This document shows, one piece after another, positions 57,401 through 64,000 of a DNA stretch of 64,000 nt. The number at the start of each line of letters is the position of its first letter. Within the stretch, counting starts at the first letter, position 1. Made by a program: the position numbers and the translations under genes. Below the pieces are notes generated by a model. That model did not search any database and had not been told where the DNA came from. It was given only the letters and a program-made list of their open reading frames with translations. The DNA lies in contig OY759599.1 of assembly GCA_963662465.1 (NCBI GenBank), positions 5,664,001-5,728,000 on the forward strand. Reading direction: 5' to 3'. The DNA comes from Desulfatiglandales bacterium (lineage in GTDB: Bacteria; Desulfobacterota; DSM-4660; Desulfatiglandales; Desulfatiglandaceae).

Positions 57401-60046
57401 GTCAAATTCTGGGCCCGAAAGAAGCCCGATTCCAAGGATCAGGCGGAGGCCCTGGTGAAACTCGGATTGGTTCTGGCCCGCATAGAACAATACGACCGGT
57501 CTATTGCCGCCCTGGAAGAAGGGACCGAGATCATGGCCAATCTGGAACTGGCGGATTTACAGGTGGCGGCCTTAAATGACCTGGGGGTGGTCCTGGAAAA
57601 CGCCACCCATTACAACCGGGCCCTGACGCAGTTTCAAACCGCGGCGGATCTCAGCCGAAACCCGGACAAAAAGGGGGCACTGGCCCGACAGCACATGCGC
57701 ATGGGTCGGGTTTATGACCTCAGACTGAGCCAATATCCAAAGGCAAAAATCCACTACCTGAAAGCTTGCGCCCTTTATGAAACCCTGAACGACACCGAAA
57801 ACATGGCCCAGGCCCTCCTGGATGCCGGTCGATGTGACCGGCTGCTGGGGAATTTCAAAGAGGCCGAAAACCAGTATGAAAAAGCCCTGGCGCTTCTTGA
57901 CAAAGGAAAAGAAGGGTTGAACGCCGAAAATCAAATCATGGCGGGCATCCTAATGGAACAGACCAATAACCACTGGTTTCAAGCCCGTTACCAGGATGCC
58001 TGGAAGGGGCAACGGCAGGTTCACGAAATGGCCGTGAAAAATCGGTGGACACTGGAAGAGGTCAACAGCCTGAACACCGCCGGTCTGATCTGGTGGACCC
58101 TGGGAAATCACCCTTCGGCCCTGCGCCAATTGGAAGAAGCCCTGGCCCTGGCCAAAACCCTTCACGTCAGAAGAGATGAAGTCGCCGCCACCCTCAACAA
58201 TATGGGGCTGGTATATCGGGACGCAGGCGATTACGAAAAGGCCCTGGCGGCCCTGGAACAGGCCCTTGCCATCGACCGCAACATCAACTCCAAATGGGCC
58301 ATTGCCTATGATCTTAAGAACCTGGGGTTAACCCGACTGGCCATGGGAGAAGCGGAAAAAGCCCTTCCCCTGTTTCAGGAAGCACTGGAACTCGCCCGAC
58401 AAATCGGAAACCGCATTAATCAGGCCAAGATCCTGGTGGCATACGGCGAGGCCCTGATGACCCTGGATCGGTCTGAAGAGGCCAACGCCCGGTTCACTCA
58501 AGCCCTTGATCTTTCCCGCCAAATGGCCCTTCGCGAAGTGGAGTGGCGGGCCCTTTTCGGGTTGGGCCAACTTCAGCTCAAAGAGGGAAAGAAAGCCGAA
58601 GCCAGGGTGTTGCTGGAATCCGCCGTGAAAGTGATTGAAGGCATGCGGGCCGAGATCAAGCTGGATCAGCTGAAGGATGGGTTTATCAATAATAAAATGG
58701 CCGTCTATGAAACCCTGGTGGGTCTGTTGGTGGATATGGGGCATAATTCAGAGGCGTTTTACGTTGCGGAACGCTCCAGGGCCCGGAACCTCATCGATCT
58801 TTTGGGCAACCAGCGGCTCACCCTCCATGGGGCCGTCAATCAGGATCGCTATGATACGGAAAAGCGTCTCAAAACTCAGATGGCCGAGTATGAAACCCTG
58901 ATGGCCCAGGCCGCGGACGCAAATGAAAAAGCCGTTTATCAAAAGGCATTGGATCAAACCCGGGACAAGCACCGGGATCTCATGCTGGAAATTCAGCTCA
59001 AAAACCCCGAACTGGCTTCCATCCTGTCGGTGGATCCCCTGACCCTTTCACAGGTGCAAAAGTTCCTGAAACCGGAAACCGCCATCCTGGCCTACTATGT
59101 TCTTCCCGATGAAATACTCTGCTGGTTCATCACCCGCGACGGGATGGAACTTTTTAAAACCCCTCTGGGCCGCAAAACCCTGGCCCAAAAGGTTCTGGAC
59201 TATCGGCGCACCCTTCAAAACCTGGAGCCTCCCGAGGCCGAGGCCGGGGAACTCTACACATGGCTGCTTGCCCCCTTGAAAGACCGGTTGAAAACCGTCA
59301 AAACCATTGGGGTCGTGCCCCACCATATCCTTCATCATCTATCCTTTGCCACCCTGTTTGACGGAAAACAATACCTGGTGGACCGTTTTCCCCTGTTCTC
59401 CATCCCCAGCGCAAGCGTGCTTCGCCATACCCAGCAGACCCTGCCGCCGGAGAAAAACACAAAGGTTCTGGCCGTGGGCAACCCGGATCTAAACAATCCG
59501 GCCCTCGCCCTTCCCTTTGCGGAAAAAGAGGTGTCTACCATCGGGTGGAACTTCCCCCATGTAACCGTACTCACGGGAAATAAGGCGACGGAGGGGTGGG
59601 TGGTCCGCAACATATCGGATTTCGGCATCATTCACCTGGCTTCTCATGGGACGTTCGATCCCGTCAACCCGCTTTTTTCCGCCATCAAACTGGCGCAAGA
59701 CGGTCAGGACGACGGCGATCTTCGGGCTTCCGAGGTGTTCGGCCTCGATATCCGGGCAAACCTCGTGATGCTGAGCGCCTGCCAGACGGGCCTGGGCAAA
59801 ATCACCAGCGGCGATGATGTGATCGGCATGAACCGGGCCTTTCTCTATGCAGGCACCAACGCCGTCATGAGCAGCCTGTGGCGGGTGAGCGATATCTCAA
59901 CAGCCCTTCTGGTGAAGCAATTTTACAGGGAATACCAAAACCGGCCCAAGGCCGAAAGCCTGAACAGGGCCATGCGCCATGTGAAAAACCGATACCCCCA
60001 CCCTGGTTACTGGGGGGCCTTCGTGCTGGTGGGGGACTATCGGTGA
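51434..60046 (+). CDS. Giant lipoprotein: TolB-like PD40 propeller, many TPRs, degenerate CHAT, TPRs, active CHAT (caspase-family) domain
   Basis: GTG after AGGAGG; lipobox VLLSC; PALSRDG/PTFSPDG/PSISPDG/PTWSLNG repeats; TPR arrays; C-terminal LPFAEKEV, IIHLASHG, LVMLSACQTGLG, SSLWRVSD, HPGYWGAFVLVG. Confidence 0.9.
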   Translation: MDDDALRAEVRGQRPETRGQRTEVRDPTSDLRLLTSVMVVMAVLLSCAGPKTVGPVEKTSEAVDSVVFAQREKDRKAPLRLPVNLPVQVSFEADPVRYGALSGDGNTLAYVLENQSGSSLWIRPRDFTLGTLPQKRLEGMGRISAPALSRDGSSIVFVATDHDAKGDIFLLSTQGGSDPKRLTGRDTADGAPTFSPDGNRIYYHRLLTEEILPHLAYMDLSAGAKGPETLREGAFPSISPDGERLAFVSFEKDSGGDIQVLDLKTGKVTPVTAGSPQDLYPTWSLNGKWIYFSRFDLDTNKDNAVIWRAAPDDAGLWAYPLTSETFSAYQPMATSSELLFLSNRNGTANLWRLPSGGEIPIGEDAPIQMERARILAAQIPQKDALALLAYYKVLEDFSREIHYGGKTLYEIGKLYQRMGREKQAVQTYERLMKDFGNAYPEKALAAIRLTEIQAENAWKAAPTDFKRKQILLNAQNRIQALLKTGIPSPSDTDALDSARIRARGLMVQAQLLEELDPNPDSLGNAIALLDQVAGMKNVASDLRAEAIFQKARINSRMGQAQAVIPAYLSIVTTYPDTPWADAAVERIIDNFLSDSSGNTVETRIQALARLAETHQESVPKLAMGAFNRMGDEAFAAGDRQQAKRWYREVLNRYAMSTGSPTKENLPPTQVAAARLALAEILYREELFRQALDLYETEMAHRPYEDRLYTLARAAYIQKSLAAADFLFNLGEIPAARKRYGDLIRENPDLVQAHRGYIKCAAAMKQIDPCLERYRAQLKTDPENPILLYAAGLCLTYREGKKAHADARTLITKAILKQGQTAYFHQTLGYLFEVSETVYGEPGGLEKALLSYQKAYFLNNPEQDPQNSANLALNLGNIHFLLGQYGRALTRYQERLESKAPFDHEDTEILFYRRLGGAAFQMNDPAVSIDAYTRALQLIDDRIDPGRPSELMGKLNTFIFDRILTPALKRSKNAKDIEAMTQRQRRIHKALFHATGQPHNAPPDPRWESYRKTMETIMAEQEKLIGDIAPLITEKRDETPQTLSFMLTRARDALQFPNRMIELKAEILDRLGLACQEAGKWEEATDAFEKAFQLNQGLGRLKNLAANRRSVAYNTYMAAGDRSGKEKERLLKDALKQFEEMQGLLDQYGVVDPSEKKAGSTSRAGDGESALLKVSLDLALDKTTGSEAVYGFSPTQEKRLAQAFISRIETELGMLEKAQTAIDGQLLPYHQAKTVRDQDLYGVSLLSHRDGQLRFALQEPKKAFSSFQRSAQLALKLKNPASAAMNLENMAWAMGRISTRDPDYPSLRAGLATLDRETIRLLERAQGVLDPLTLPHYHNRMGALALKPVSIDEGLSPEGAARDMMLLSRAGAHFTLGLTALKKTEGKRGKSDRKALALAAALQLNMAHVALDFDERETAKAHAKSALEIAGRGLLPQYEWRALVILGDLTAALKSLSSAPLADAGCAPGEIRTAFAPMVLSLIQKEKAEDALNLLERLSELERFHRMAPMVSAQVSPSEQARLLEIFPRLMTLLRLREQLKGAEEEEKPHLAERIRQERTLLDEDSGKKENTVKLPALLTRSETLREQLVLLLGLACEIERVATLAVVNSSEESDNPQKTLYRELMTLYPQIWKEIKRVSAREGTPGVAALFGPDPVEAIDLMENLPKGGHAVRLFEKDSSGKGWTVFVVTEDDISVETTTLSLQPPPSTLLIYEDPWVLPSGQCPVALSATHLVRSVANRKPFKRRMVELAGPYKLPSDFDVTLLPASADQEAISEALPGAQGLLLGGPVYTANSVPTRPGEVPVYQPAMGLDQGRTLPLLTLFDRLSDVSLAMLPRADAEETYMLGHLFSLMGVPTLLLPRNPSNPSPVVPLFFEAYGKNPVYNALMTALKKTEGRRTLWVNLGYWGMTEAEALILAERRFKEYVQKGISAFKKKEPVYALVLFEKALMVARQVQVLSRYEPQLLVYARESAYAGGRYESAVQHARDLVKFWARKKPDSKDQAEALVKLGLVLARIEQYDRSIAALEEGTEIMANLELADLQVAALNDLGVVLENATHYNRALTQFQTAADLSRNPDKKGALARQHMRMGRVYDLRLSQYPKAKIHYLKACALYETLNDTENMAQALLDAGRCDRLLGNFKEAENQYEKALALLDKGKEGLNAENQIMAGILMEQTNNHWFQARYQDAWKGQRQVHEMAVKNRWTLEEVNSLNTAGLIWWTLGNHPSALRQLEEALALAKTLHVRRDEVAATLNNMGLVYRDAGDYEKALAALEQALAIDRNINSKWAIAYDLKNLGLTRLAMGEAEKALPLFQEALELARQIGNRINQAKILVAYGEALMTLDRSEEANARFTQALDLSRQMALREVEWRALFGLGQLQLKEGKKAEARVLLESAVKVIEGMRAEIKLDQLKDGFINNKMAVYETLVGLLVDMGHNSEAFYVAERSRARNLIDLLGNQRLTLHGAVNQDRYDTEKRLKTQMAEYETLMAQAADANEKAVYQKALDQTRDKHRDLMLEIQLKNPELASILSVDPLTLSQVQKFLKPETAILAYYVLPDEILCWFITRDGMELFKTPLGRKTLAQKVLDYRRTLQNLEPPEAEAGELYTWLLAPLKDRLKTVKTIGVVPHHILHHLSFATLFDGKQYLVDRFPLFSIPSASVLRHTQQTLPPEKNTKVLAVGNPDLNNPALALPFAEKEVSTIGWNFPHVTVLTGNKATEGWVVRNISDFGIIHLASHGTFDPVNPLFSAIKLAQDGQDDGDLRASEVFGLDIRANLVMLSACQTGLGKITSGDDVIGMNRAFLYAGTNAVMSSLWRVSDISTALLVKQFYREYQNRPKAESLNRAMRHVKNRYPHPGYWGAFVLVGDYR
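51458..51542. repeat. Heptamer repeats, direct then inverted (hairpin-forming)
   Basis: Seven GAGGTCA-like units (51458-51506) then four TCYGACY units (51511-51538); same family as 17785-17854. Confidence 0.9.
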
Positions 60047-60230
60047 GGCATTGATCATCGTTCCGGTCACCCGGCAATAAATTGCCGACCTATTTTCTGT
60101 TGCCCCGATCTTTACAACCTGTAAAAAGCGCTGACATGTTTGTTGCGCCCATTTTCTGCTTTCCAGCCTTTTCATTCAAATAAATTCTATTATTACAACA
60201 ACATAAAGATCTCTAACCTCAACTTTCCAT

Positions 60231-60246
60231 TGGCATGAACATTGCC
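60231..60246 (+). promoter_or_regulatory. Sigma54 (-24/-12) promoter
   Basis: TGGCATGAACATTGCC: GG-N10-GC, close to consensus TGGCACG-N4-TTGC, ending 37 nt before the kinase ATG. Confidence 0.75.
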
Positions 60247-60283
60247 TTAAGGGTTTTGGTAACTCACAACGGAAGGGAATGCC

Positions 60284-61978
60284 ATGAAAAAACCAAACTA
60301 CGTAAATTTAAGGCGCTCCATACTGACCAGCATGATTCTCATTCCGCTGGTCACGCTGGTCCTGATTCTGGGTTTCGGCTACTATTTTTTTATCACATCG
60401 CTGGAATCCACCACCATTGAAACAGTTAAACGCATCGTCTCGGACCACCGGCACATGATTGATTCGTTTCTCATGAACCGCAAGGCAAACCTGGACTTTG
60501 TCCTCAGTTCCTACCGGCTTGAAGCGTTGGCGGATCCAAAGGAACTGGAAGAAATTCTTTCCCATTTGCAGAAGGAGTCAAGTGCCTTCGTGGACCTTGG
60601 TGTTTTTAATGCCGACGGAATTCACATCAACTACCAGGGACCCTACAAACTGGCGGGAAGAGATTACGCACAGTCTCCCTGGTTTAAAGAGGTCATGCAA
60701 AAGGGACAATACATCAGCGACGTCTTTCTGGGCTACCGGCGCATACCCCATTTCATCATCGCCCTGAAAAGGGAGGCGGAAGGAAAAATCTGGGTGATTC
60801 GTTCCACCATTGATACACACATTTTTAATGATCTAGTGGAAAAGGTGCGCATTGGAAAAACCGGTGAAGCCTATCTCCTGAACATGGACGGTATCTTCCA
60901 GACCGAGCGTCGTTCAGGCGGCAATCTCATGGAGAAAGATTCTGAAATTATTTCCAAACCACCCCTTCATGACGGTATCAAAGCATCAATCGAAAAAGAT
61001 GCCAAGGGTGATTCCTACCTCTATGCCACCACCTGGCTCAAGGAAAAAAACTGGTTGCTGGTGGTCCGACAGGCCAAGGAAGATGCGTTTAAAGCTCTTT
61101 ACACCGCCAGTTACGTGATAGCCCTCATTACGATTATCGGCGGCGCCGCCATTATCGGTCTTGCCCTGATCCTGACCACCCGCATTATCAGGCGCATGGA
61201 ATGGATGGATGAGGAAAAAGAACAGCTGAACGGGCAATTGATCCGGGCCAGCCGGTTAGCGGAACTGGGGGAGATGGCCACCGGCTTTGCCCATGAAATC
61301 AACAACCCCCTCCAAATCATGAAAAGCGAAAAAGCCCTCGTAGACGTTCTGCTGGAGGAGGTGAAGGAAAAATGCGAACCGGCGTCTTCACCTACCCTTT
61401 CGGAGCTGGAAGATTCCATTGGCCAGATCGATCTTCAAATCAATCGTTGCGCTCAGATTACCCAGTCCATTTTGAAATTCGGACGTCAGAGCGAACCGGT
61501 TTTTCAAAAGGTGACCTTGCAGGATTTCATTCCGGAAGTGACGTCAATGGTGAAAAATAAAGCCAATGTGCATGGTATTTCCCTGAGCCTCACAATCGAT
61601 GTGGATACGCCTGCCGTCCACGGGGACCCGGGGCAACTTCAGCAGGTCCTGCTGAATTTATACAACAACGCCATGGACGCCATTCTTTCAAGGCATGGGG
61701 TCGAGGGGGGGGAACTGGCGGTGGGCGCCGGCGTCAGGGAAGACGGCAAGGTGGCCATTTTTGTACGGGACAACGGCAGCGGCATCAGTATTGAAAACCG
61801 GAAAAAGATTTTCAGTCCGTTTTTTACCACCAAGCCGGTGGGAAAGGGAACGGGTCTGGGTCTTTCCGTATGTTACGGCATTATTGACAAGATGGGCGGG
61901 TTTATTGAAATGGACAGTGAAAAGGGGGTTGGCACAACCTTCACCATTGTCCTTCCGTCATCAAAAGGGGGGAAGTAA
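60284..61978 (+). CDS. Membrane sensor histidine kinase (Cache, HisKA, HATPase)
   Basis: Two TMs; [11 protein letters not shown]ache motif; [38 protein letters not shown]. Confidence 0.95.
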   Translation: MKKPNYVNLRRSILTSMILIPLVTLVLILGFGYYFFITSLESTTIETVKRIVSDHRHMIDSFLMNRKANLDFVLSSYRLEALADPKELEEILSHLQKESSAFVDLGVFNADGIHINYQGPYKLAGRDYAQSPWFKEVMQKGQYISDVFLGYRRIPHFIIALKREAEGKIWVIRSTIDTHIFNDLVEKVRIGKTGEAYLLNMDGIFQTERRSGGNLMEKDSEIISKPPLHDGIKASIEKDAKGDSYLYATTWLKEKNWLLVVRQAKEDAFKALYTASYVIALITIIGGAAIIGLALILTTRIIRRMEWMDEEKEQLNGQLIRASRLAELGEMATGFAHEINNPLQIMKSEKALVDVLLEEVKEKCEPASSPTLSELEDSIGQIDLQINRCAQITQSILKFGRQSEPVFQKVTLQDFIPEVTSMVKNKANVHGISLSLTIDVDTPAVHGDPGQLQQVLLNLYNNAMDAILSRHGVEGGELAVGAGVREDGKVAIFVRDNGSGISIENRKKIFSPFFTTKPVGKGTGLGLSVCYGIIDKMGGFIEMDSEKGVGTTFTIVLPSSKGGK

Positions 61979-62428
61979 ATGGAAGTCATGAAAATGATGT
62001 TGGTTGACGATGAGGAGCGGTTTCTCTCCACCACGAAGAAACTGCTGTCGAAAAAAGGATTTGAGGTCATAACCGCGGCCAGTGGACCCGAAGCTTTGGA
62101 TATATTGAGAGCGCAAAATATTCATGTGGTCATCCTGGACGTAAAGATGCCGGGGATGGACGGCATCGAAACACTCAAAGCCATCAAACGAACATATCCG
62201 CTGGTTGAAGTGATTATGCTGACGGGACATGCCACCGTGGAATCGGCCGTTGACGGTTTGAAATCAGGGGCCACGGATTACCTGATGAAGCCGACGGATA
62301 TCGGCGATATCATTTCAAAGGCTACGGAAGCGTTTGAAAAACGACAAAGGATTGAAGACCGAATTCGGGTGGCCCAAGCGCGAAAGATCATGAAAACGCC
62401 AAGGGAAATCCTGAGGGAGACCACCTGA
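61979..62428 (+). CDS. Single-domain response regulator
   Basis: LVDDEE, ILDVKMPGMDG, MLTGHA, YLMKP. Confidence 0.95.
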   Translation: MEVMKMMLVDDEERFLSTTKKLLSKKGFEVITAASGPEALDILRAQNIHVVILDVKMPGMDGIETLKAIKRTYPLVEVIMLTGHATVESAVDGLKSGATDYLMKPTDIGDIISKATEAFEKRQRIEDRIRVAQARKIMKTPREILRETT

Positions 62429-62451
62429 GTCTTATTTAGGGGGAGGAGCAA

Positions 62452-63360
62452 ATGGGAAAAAAAATACGTGTTCTGATGGTGGATGACGAAGAACAGTTTC
62501 GCTCCACCACAAGCAAAATTCTCACCCGGAGAGGGTATGAAACCACCGTTGCGGAAAGCGGTGAAGCGGCCATTCAGATTCTCAAAAAATCAAGCCAGGA
62601 TGTCATTGTGTTGGATGTGAAGATGCCCGGCATGGACGGTCATGACGCCTTGCGCAAGATTAAGCAAATCGATCCGAATGTTCAGGTGATTATGCTCACC
62701 GGACACGGGACCATGGATTCCGCAAAAAAGTCCCTCAAGGACGAGGCCTTTGATTATCTCAACAAACCCTGCGACATGGACCTGCTGGCGTCCAAAATTG
62801 ATGATGCCGTCAATGCCGTGAGCAAAGGGAAAAGAGAGGAAAAGAAAGCCGGGGATATCATGATCCCCCTTCAGGAATACACCACCATCCAGGCGGGCAA
62901 CACCGTCAAAGAAGGGATTGTCGCTTTAAAACAATCCTTTGAAAACGCTGTTTCCACCAGCCGAATCATGGAAACCGGGCATCGTTCCATTCTGGTCTTT
63001 GACGCGCGGGAAAACCTGGTGGGCATCCTGAGCATTCTGGACCTTATCCGTGCCGCACGACCGGCCTACCTGTCAGCGCCCAAACCCTCCATGGCGGACA
63101 GCATGCAGTACTCCACCATGTTCTGGAGCGGACTTTTCACCACCCAGACCAAAGCCTTGATCTCCAAACGGATTGAAGACGTCATGTCCGATGCGCCCAT
63201 CAGCGTCGATGAGGAAACCAATCTCATGGAAGTGGCCAATCTCCTGTATACGGAAAAGAGTCGGAGAATGGCGGTCACGCGAAAAGGGACTGTGGTAGGG
63301 GTTGTACGGGAGCAGGAATTGTTTTTCGAAATGGCCCGAATCCTGATGGAATCCGAATAG
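62452..63360 (+). CDS. Response regulator with C-terminal CBS pair
   Basis: REC domain (VDDEE, DVKMPG, LTGHG, KP) plus two CBS motifs. Confidence 0.92.
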   Translation: MGKKIRVLMVDDEEQFRSTTSKILTRRGYETTVAESGEAAIQILKKSSQDVIVLDVKMPGMDGHDALRKIKQIDPNVQVIMLTGHGTMDSAKKSLKDEAFDYLNKPCDMDLLASKIDDAVNAVSKGKREEKKAGDIMIPLQEYTTIQAGNTVKEGIVALKQSFENAVSTSRIMETGHRSILVFDARENLVGILSILDLIRAARPAYLSAPKPSMADSMQYSTMFWSGLFTTQTKALISKRIEDVMSDAPISVDEETNLMEVANLLYTEKSRRMAVTRKGTVVGVVREQELFFEMARILMESE

Positions 63361-63383
63361 AAAAATAGAAGCGAGGTGGAAAC

Positions 63384-64000
63384 ATGACAAAAGAAAAGCA
63401 AAAAGCCACCGGTTATGACAAATATGTAAACTGGAAACTCTTTTTCATTCCAGTCGTGTTGTTTTTTGCCATTCTGGTGTTGCCGACCCCCTACGGCATG
63501 AAGGATGTGGGGACGGAAGTCAAAGTGGGACCCCAGGCCGTGATCAATCTGATCACCACGGAACTGTTTGCCAAAAAGAACTGGGAGGCGTCCCAATGGG
63601 AACTGCTGACGGCACAGATTATGGAACAGAATATGTGTATGGGCGCCCTTTCAAAGAAACGATTTCTGAAAAGAGATCTCAAGTGGTGTAAAAAATACAA
63701 AATTCAGGCGGACGTCGAGAACATGAAAAAAGCAAACGCCTTTATAGCGGAAACCGTGGATGATACAGCTTTTGCCGATCTCATGAACCGGGCGGTAACG
63801 CTTCGAAAGGAAGGTCTGGTTTATGAAAACCTGACCGAAAAAGAGCGAAAGGCCGCGGACACGGGCGCATGGAACATCAAAGTGGCCGTTGCCATGATGG
63901 TGTTTGTGGTCTTCTGTTTCATGACCGAATGTATTCCCCTGCCGGGCGTGGCCTTCTGCATCGGCCTGATTCTGGTATTTACCGGCGTGGTGACCCGAAA
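63384..64000 (+). CDS. SLC13/DASS family anion permease, runs off the window edge
   Basis: ATG at 63384 after GAGGTG; MTKEKQKATGYDKYVNWKLFFIPVVLFFAILVLPTP.GM ... FVVFCFMTECIPLPGVAF (TE.IP DASS motif). Confidence 0.8.
   Translation, partial: MTKEKQKATGYDKYVNWKLFFIPVVLFFAILVLPTPYGMKDVGTEVKVGPQAVINLITTELFAKKNWEASQWELLTAQIMEQNMCMGALSKKRFLKRDLKWCKKYKIQADVENMKKANAFIAETVDDTAFADLMNRAVTLRKEGLVYENLTEKERKAADTGAWNIKVAVAMMVFVVFCFMTECIPLPGVAFCIGLILVFTGVVTR

Overview
Gene-dense bacterial chromosome segment, moderate GC by eye, with several AT-rich patches. Gene content suggests an anaerobic Desulfobacterota-type deltaproteobacterium (inference from IspH-UbiA fusion, ASKHA/RACo, NuoEF-like module, sigma54 promoter). 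In order: a truncated MscK-like gene, an AAA/PD-(D/E)XK protein, TRAP dctPQM, a PaaI thioesterase, pyrF and tRNA-Thr(CGT). Next is a decayed AT-rich islet with a DUF4160/DUF2442 pair, an attC-like site, cassette fragments, a 154-bp MITE with 8-bp TSD enclosing a REP doublet, and an IS1595-like remnant. A ~24-kb minus-strand run follows: RACo, cNMP protein, nuoE/F/G-like genes, a Menshen-like defence triad, a type I RM locus collapsed by deletions, dusB, ispH-ubiA, glycosyltransferases and a hopanoid cluster (hpnB, hpnO, MMPL, PhnD-like SBP, TatT-like lipoprotein, hpnH). After that come two more MscS-family genes, an orphan recC, a P1 peptidase, an AsmA-like / DUF1318 / giant PD40-TPR-CHAT operon, and a sigma54-type promoter before a two-component/DASS locus. 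The two best candidates for an undescribed system are (1) a BstABC-like lipid-transport triad translationally coupled to hopanoid genes and (2) an AsmA-like envelope bridge operon ending in a ~2870-aa exported caspase-family lipoprotein with tandem pseudo-CHAT and active CHAT domains. All family assignments are by motif recognition; no searches were run.
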